A stretch of 30,342 bases of DNA from Paraspadella gotoi. Taxonomy: Eukaryota > Animalia > Chaetognatha. Below the pieces are notes generated by a model. It was not told the origin of the DNA, made no database searches, and saw nothing but the letters and a program-made list of their open reading frames with translations. This document shows, one piece after another, positions 23,385-30,342 of the stretch; position 1 is the stretch's first letter; each line of letters opens with the position of its first letter. The translations under genes and the position numbers were made by a program. The stretch lies in NCBI GenBank assembly GCA_051294375.1, contig JBJCIZ010000239.1:2210156-2240497 (forward strand), read 5' to 3'.

Positions 23385-23580
23385 CGTTAATGATAAAAAA
23401 AAATAAATTCAGCTCCTTGTATTTTGATTGCTAGTGCGGAGTACAATAAAGTATTCCCCGATCTAATACTTAGGGAGTGGTCTTTCATACAATTGAAACA
23501 TTCTTTGAAATATTTTCCACTTCATTGATAGGGAAGCCAGGTACTCTGGGAGTGAATAACGAGACTGTGAGAGAGTCTTG

Positions 23581-23746
23581 ATTGAAAGCTTGTAGGACCT
23601 GCTATGTCATTATCTTGTAAGAGTGATGGAGCCTTAAACCACCAAAGCCTTTCCAAAGTCAGGGGCAAGATAGCTTATTTATTAAATGAATGGATAATTT
23701 TTATATTGGTTGTACCAATTTCATAAAAAAAAAAAAAAAAAAAAAT
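23581..23746 (+). repeat. Dispersed ~145 bp repeat, copy 2, ending in a ~22 nt poly(A) run
   Basis: Matches 1381-1527 and is followed by an A run at 23725-23746. Confidence 0.88.
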
Positions 23747-25326
23747 TCATAAAAGGGTAAGGCATAACATTTAACACAGTTTCTAATAAGCATGTTTGGT
23801 AGTATCCTTCAAACAGTCTGTAAGACAAAGAGCATTCATAGATTGATAGATTCAGAAGGGTTTTTCCTAAAAAAGTGCTGCACATGCTGGAGTTTAAACT
23901 ACAGTACTTACCGTTCCCTAGAACAGTAGCGCGGAGTATAAATACAAGAAATAATAAAGGACATCTTTGTGCCCTCCTAATTTTTTGAAACACATGTAAA
24001 CTATTCCCTAAGATCAAAAAATTAAAATTCGCTTGGCCAATTTTCACGTTCTATTGATTTTATAATGCGATAAGATGCAAAAAAATCGAAAAAAATAGCA
24101 AATTTAAAAATAAAATTAAAGTGGTTAGTATTATTAATTTTCTAAAATATAGCTAAATCCAAGTATTTAAAACTCTTTTCAACTATATAAATATAAAAAC
24201 TTGTATCAAATAATGTTTAAATATTATTAAAAAAATTGTATTTGGGGAAAAATACCAAAAAATTCAAATAATAGGAAAGATGGTTAATCAAATAGTTGAA
24301 ATCAAATATATATGAAATAAGGAGTTATATAGCTGTTTTCATTTGTAAAAAGTTACTTTATCTATTAATATTTTAAAGTTTTTCATTTTTTGAACCACAA
24401 AAAAATAAAGCGAAATAATAAACTAAGGCGATTAGAAAACTAATAAATTTTATGGATCTGTGATTTATTCAAATTGGTGTTTAAAACTTTTATAATTAAC
24501 AAAATAAAAAAAATTATTAAAGAAGGTTTTGTTTATGATATAAAAAGCATCAGGCATTTCACCCACGGTGGCTACTTTACACTATTGTTGCCTTTTAAGT
24601 CAAGTCTGATATTCTTTTTTTCTTCCATTTTAGTGAGTTTGAGATAAGAACAGAGTAGAGAGATTATTTTTAATATTTACCAAATCTATTGTTTGTAAAT
24701 GTTAAAAACACTCTCTTATTTTTGAAAATTTATAAAATGAATAAAAAACAAAAAGCATGAAACAAAACACTTTAAAGCAAGAGTGTCAAAAACTAAAACT
24801 GATATCAACATAAAATTAAGTAAATGAAAATGGTTATTCAAGATCAGAGTTGTTTGGCTAAATCTCCACTCTCTATTTTCCATAGCCAGGCCTGTTGGCG
24901 CGCAAGGCCTAAGCGCTCGCTTGTCACAGGGATGGCTGAACCCCTTTCAAAAGCACGCAAGTTGGGCTACACAAATGGTTTTGGTGGTTATCCATCTAGT
25001 TTACGAATGATGTTTTGATCATTAAATATTTTTAAATGAGGAAATGATATCTAAATATGTAAGAGGTTCCCAAAACTTTATTATGTTAAATAAAAAGCAT
25101 TTAGAAAATAATTTTTATGCTAAAAAATAACAAAAAAGGGTCAGAAGATAAAAACGATAGCGATTATCAAACTTAAGCCAACTTTGCAGTCGATGTCATT
25201 TAACACAACCATAGTAAAACATTTCAGAAAAGTATAAAGTTTGCATTTTTAATGTTCAGACAGGCTAACATTACTAATATGGAGGAGGGGAATCTGATTA
25301 TGACATCAAAAATCGTCTAAAACTGC

Positions 25327-28300
25327 GAAATCGCTTGACTACCTGGCCCTGAATGAGCATTTTTTTGATTTTTTGGTGTTTTAGTGGCAAATATTCGATT
25401 TATTTCTTTTTAAATTGGCAAAAAACTTGACAAACGCCATATAAATCTATTTTAATCATGAAAAAAATATTTTAGACAATTCTTTATATAATTATATTGT
25501 TTTGGGCCCTTAAACGAGCATAATGTTTCTAATAAAAACATATATGTCAATAATTTTTTTTTCCTGAAACGAATTCGCGAATTCGCGCTGATGAAAAATA
25601 ACAACTAAGTCGAAACATGTCCGTTAATTACGAGCTTTAAAAACTAATTGTTTGTAAACAAAAACGCGGTCAGCGAAAGTAAATTTAGCCAATTTTTTCC
25701 ATCAAACAAATTCTTAAACGTAACTAAAGAAAGTAATCACACAAAAATAAATAAAAAACAAAATACGATTGTTTCACTTTTCTTGTCTACGCCACCTTGT
25801 TACCTTGGAAGCAAACAATATCGGATCTCGGTCCTCTCTACAACGCCAATTTTTTACGAGTTCCTCTTCATTTTTTTGTTTTCTTTGAGGCACGAGTTTT
25901 AAAATGGCTAAGCGGCGTCATTCCCACCGAAAGGCGGTTGATGAAGAACTGAATCTTCAATTTCCTCTCTCCGAGCTAAATGGAAGTGAAGCCCCTCGGA
26001 ACAAAGATATTTTACTTCACCTCATTTTCTTCTTGCAAGAAGAAGGTCTCGGACAAAAGCGTGTTGATGAAGCCTGCAAGTTTGTCGTTGATGCCATCAA
26101 AATCAAATGGCTTGGATCATGCGTAGAAATTTCGACTGATAAAACGTTGCGAAAAAAGGTTCAGGAACTTCACCAGTTCTATCGGTAATCATTATTCAAT
26201 CAAAATTAATGAGAGAGAGAAAAAAAGTGAATACTAATGAAGTTAGAATCTTTTTAGGCGGGCAACAACTTATCCATCTTCAAAGCGTGTCCTTAGCGAC
26301 GGAAAGACTCCTTCGCCAACCTACGTCAAACTTCGCGAGGAGTTCATGGGTACCATGGAAAAATACTTTGACGCTAGTGCGCCATATGCTCATTTGGTGG
26401 CACAGGATGGTCCGACGGACGATAGTGACTTAAAATGGCTTCAAGTAATTCGCGGCGAAAGAGAAGGCATTGCTCGCATGGCTGGGGTCGATCTCGTTCA
26501 TCGAGACAAAGTCAGAGAACAAGAAAGACGAGAGCAAGATAGAGTGAATGAGTATGAAAGGTTTCAACGACAGAAAGAAAAGTGGGAAAAAGAGAAACGG
26601 GTAAAATTTATCTCAGTTAACTTGTTACTTGTCGGTGAATCTTATGAATTTAAAATGTTTTTTTTTCATTCAGATGAATTGTAAAGCTTCAGAAATTGAT
26701 ACGGATGCCTTCTTGGTTGAGGCTGGTGTTTCAATTGGGGAGTTAGAATTGATGGACCACTCAACATCCTACGAACCTGCTCAAAAGCAAGTGCAGAACA
26801 AGACTTTCACGCTTCAATTGGAAGACAAAGAATGGATCGCGAAGTTGTGCCCATGGGCCGACAGACGACGAATTACCGATGAAGCATTCCTCGAAATGCT
26901 TCAACAACTGGTCATAAACGGCGGTGGTAAACTCGAGGACATCACCCTGAGTCTTTCTACCGTGCATCGTATTCGTGAGGATGAAAGACTCCACGCTCAT
27001 CTCTCTGTTGACCTCGGGGAATACGATAATCACGTGACCGTTCACTTCGACGGGAAACGAGTGAGAATGGGAGAAAAGCAAGGGGGCGAAGTCATTGAGC
27101 ATTTGCCCGTACTCGTCTCAGGAGTTAGTGGAACGAAGCAGCTTGGGATTGAGCTGGCTGAAAATGCTACTGGTATTTTTTCTCAATTTAATCAAAAGGT
27201 AACTCATAGAAACAAAAGAAAAATTATTTTGTCTCACTTATTAGGATTAGAAACCTACAACAAAGTACGTGCTCGCCTCGAGGATTGTCGTTTAAGGGAT
27301 AAAGTGTTAGCTCTTTCCTTTGATACAACTGCAGCAAACACTGGTTCTCTTCAAGGTGAAAGCAAAATTGACATGAATTCGATGAAAAAACAATTTGTCA
27401 CAAATGACTCATATCTTTCTTATCACACACGGTCCAGGTGCCTGTACACGACTTGAATTGCATCTTGACCGTCCTCTTCTTTGGTGTGCTTGTCGTCACC
27501 ATATATACGAGTTGATGGCCAAAGCAGCATGGTCAGCTGTGTTTCCGGGACGCAGTGTTTGTCCTGGTGAAAAGCTGATACAAGATTTTTATTCCTGGTG
27601 GACTAAGATTGATTTTCTTTCACGCCATTTCACTGCTGAAGATTGTCCCAAACTTTTTTCCGTTGACAATCCTTTCCAAGATTGCCTGGACGATCTCTGC
27701 ACCATTTCTTCGGCTGTTCGTGCAAACGGAAAGCCAACTTTTCAAAGGGGTGATTATGATGAGTTATTAGAGTTGCTAGAGGTAAGTAATTTTTTTTTCT
27801 TATTTCAATTGTAAGCATACAAACAAAAAAATTTTAGTAATAAAAAGTTGTTTTCAACTTTGTTACAGGCTCTATCATTTACGAGTAGGTTTTCATGCAT
27901 TACTATAGCCTTAGATTTAGTAATTATAATATACTAATTTAATATTTGTCAAGAGCACTGATTGGGTATTGCATATTATATACCTAAGTTTAGAATTAAA
28001 TAATGTAGTATGTAGCCTGTTTTTATTTAAAGTACATTATTTACATTGAGCTCTGATACAAATTTGCACGCTTAATAAATTCGATATAATAATAATGTCA
28101 AAATTCAAAGTAAAATAAAATTAGCAATAGGCTAACTTTTAACTTGTCAACGACTAAATCCACTCTTTATTACTTAGTTCTTCGCGGGAATTAAGACAGA
28201 TATCCACCTCAGGGACTTAATGCGGACTTGCAAGGCGAGATATATGCAACGGATCATCTATTCATTCAAGATTTTACTCCTCCAAAAAGTTTACAAGTTG

Positions 28301-29595
28301 ACGGTAGAGCAGCAGGAAGGTATTACAAGTCTGTGCCACTTTTTTCTTCACCTCTATGCCGCACCGTGGTTCACTGCAGACTTTGCAGCAGAAGCTGCAT
28401 TTCAGGATCTGAAATTTTTGCAAAGACTTTATCGCTACAAAAAGTAAAAATATTAATGCTCATTTTAAATTTTAATTTCTATCAAAAAAATAATAACAAT
28501 AATTTTTTTCAGAGTCAATCGAAATATTGCTGTTGCGTGTATTGCTGTTTTGGAGAGGCAGTGTTGGTGGCTTTCTCAGAGAATGATAAGTCTTGCACTG
28601 TTTTCAAGAACAGCTGATGAAGATTCGCTCGCAGCCCTTGCTGCTTCTATTAAAGTTCATCATGAAGCTTTCAACGAGATGCTGGTAGAACCAGGAAAGC
28701 CCGAGTTTCCCATTCTTAAAAAGAACCTCACTTTAAAAGACTTCACTGGACCTCAAAGCTTTGTATTTTTTAAACATTTGGGAGACAAAGCAGAATGGTT
28801 GATCAAACCACCTTCTGAATGGGATTCAGACTCTTCTTTCATTGCGACAAAAAAGGTGGTAGATGCTCTTCATGGTGTTAATGATATCGCGGAAAGAGGG
28901 TGCCGAACTGCGGATCTTTTTAAAGTAAGAGCTCTTGAGAAAAATTGCAGGACAAAATCTACCTTAACATATATTCTTTTACATTTAGTCATTTGGGCCA
29001 CGATCTGCCGCTTCCCGCGCGGGAATGTTCCATCATGTCGCCATGCACCGCGATAAATTTCGTGACAACCGAAAGTCGACGATGATGGCTCTACAAAACT
29101 CAATCATTGAGAAGGAGCGCAAGTTAGAATGAATTTACTTTATCGTTCTTTACATTTATGTATTCGTATCAAACTTTTTGTTTTGTTAAACAAATAAAAA
29201 AATTAAGCCATTTGATTGGATCTGTATAGTAAAATGCTTAAATTGTCTAAGCGCTGATTAAGACTCGAATTTACAGAGTCGAAACATACGTTTATGGAAA
29301 ATAAAATCGTTGTTTGCAAATTAAATAAATTTTTTATCTGTACAACGCAATGAAAAGAAAGGATTACACAATGGTTAAAGATATTAAAAACTTATAAAAA
29401 TGCTCGATAAGGGGCCTATATTGAACAATTACTGCCATTTTTTCTATTAATATTTTTATTTTTAAAGAGCAAGGTATAATAAACAAACCTTTTAAATTTT
29501 ACAAAACAAAATTCTATGAATTAAAGATCCCGAACGACCAAAATCCTTAAAAAGTAAAAAAATGCTCGTTCAGGGCCCGGTAGTCAAGCGATTTC
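25327..29595 (+). mobile_element. Autonomous-looking DNA transposon (hAT superfamily, hATm-like), at least 4.27 kb; exact termini unresolved
   Basis: The inverted repeat gaaatcgcttgactacctggccctgaatgagcattttttt (25327-25366) matches 29556-29595 with 2 mismatches. A second inverted box pair lies at 25505-25521 and 29400-29416. The repeats enclose a spliced transposase gene, and the right repeat is cut by an N gap at 29596. Confidence 0.85.
25904..29132 (+). CDS. DDE transposase, hATm-like, 8 exons, 799 aa: 25904-26184, 26258-26600, 26674-27172, 27245-27355, 27438-27781, 28178-28443, 28513-28924, 28989-29132
   Basis: All seven introns are GT-AG and phase-compatible, and the exons total 2400 nt with no internal stop. 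Motifs: VHFDGK (D1), EHLPVLVSG, LSFDTTAANTG (D2), LLWCACRHHIYEL (CxxH), RGDYDELLEL, ARYMQRIIYSFK, YAAPWF, WWLSQRMISLALF, VNDIAERG (E), HRDKF..RKST. AATAAA follows at 29193. Confidence 0.9.
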
Positions 29596-30084
29596 NNNNN
29601 NNNNNTAGTGTAATTAATAACAACTTTGCCTATTATAAGGCAATTACGTCAATGCTGCCAATGAGCCTTGTATCAAAAATGATTATTTAATATTTTAGTC
29701 ACTACCATCATGTAAATAAAAATTCTTCCGACTCCCCCAAACCCCCTCCCAACCCATCCAACCCCAAAAACCCTTCAACCCCTCAACAAGCCTTGAGTCA
29801 AAATCTGCCATTTTATCAGTCTCAGTTCTAAACTCACTTGGTGTTAAACTCACTTATCATCTTGTATATCAAATGAAGCAGATTCTCACCATTCAGTTCT
29901 CCTCTTTTTGCAAGGAGGATAATGTTAGCTTTATTCACAAAATATTTCAAATGTATGATCTTTTAGATTAAATAGAAATGAATGGCTAAGTACATTTAAG
30001 GTGGCCCAACTTGAGCTAGAAAAGGCAAAAGTGATTGGTATTCACCAATTTCAGCACGGTTAGTCACTCTCACTACGCACCAGC

Positions 30085-30250
30085 ACGATGACGTCTCACG
30101 CCATTCAAGGCCTGATACGCCATCTGACCCAAGAGAGGGGCCCAGTATATAAGGTGATAGACAGACGCGGGTCTCTTACCCCTCCTTCTCATTCACCTCC
30201 TCTTCATCCTCCTCCCAGGGATTCGGGGCCGCGTTCACGAGATTCAGTTC
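30085..30250 (+). promoter_or_regulatory. Candidate Pol II core promoter (or LTR promoter) for a unit continuing beyond the window
   Basis: GC-richer segment with tgacgtc (30089), TATATAAG (30146-30153) and Inr-like tcattc (30189). A pyrimidine tract follows, with tttcag at 30335-30340. Confidence 0.3.
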
Positions 30251-30342
30251 ACCTTTCTCTCTTCTCTACTAGACTCTCTCCCTTTTTTTACCCTCATTTT
30301 TGTCTTCGTATAGATTTTTCCTTCCGTCAATATATTTCAGCG

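Noticed and set aside
27869-27888. Possible micro-exon in transposase intron 5
   Set aside because: Direct splicing 27781 to 28178 is in frame and gives the expected motif spacing, so the micro-exon is not needed, although alternative use cannot be excluded.
29250-29300. Hammerhead-ribozyme-like CTGA..-stem-GAAAC (also at 25588-25615)
   Set aside because: The core is CUGAUUA, lacking G8. No U follows the putative stem III and there is no stem I partner. The left copy has no stem II.
23470-30010. ttagggagtgg (23470) and ttaaggtggc (29997) as outer termini of the transposon
   Set aside because: Both are in the same orientation and there is no inverted partner or TSD.

Overview
Draft-quality eukaryotic genomic DNA, most likely from an invertebrate animal: AT-rich, short GT-AG introns with tttcag/tttag acceptors, many N gaps and noisy long-read-like patches. 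The window opens with the last two coding exons of a selenium-binding protein / methanethiol oxidase (SELENBP1 family; 44-169 and 882-1072). The rest is mostly repeats: a 3.3 kb tandem duplication, possibly an assembly artefact, carrying a dead hAT transposase C-terminus; a ~4.9 kb satellite with higher-order structure; several foldback/MITE elements; a DINE-1/HINE-like 5' end; and a dispersed AG-rich module. The most notable feature is an apparently intact 8-exon, 799-aa DDE transposase gene (hATm-like; 25904-29132). It is flanked by ~200 bp diverged inverted repeats with symmetrically spaced conserved boxes. All alignments and translations were done by eye, so family assignments need HMM/BLAST confirmation.
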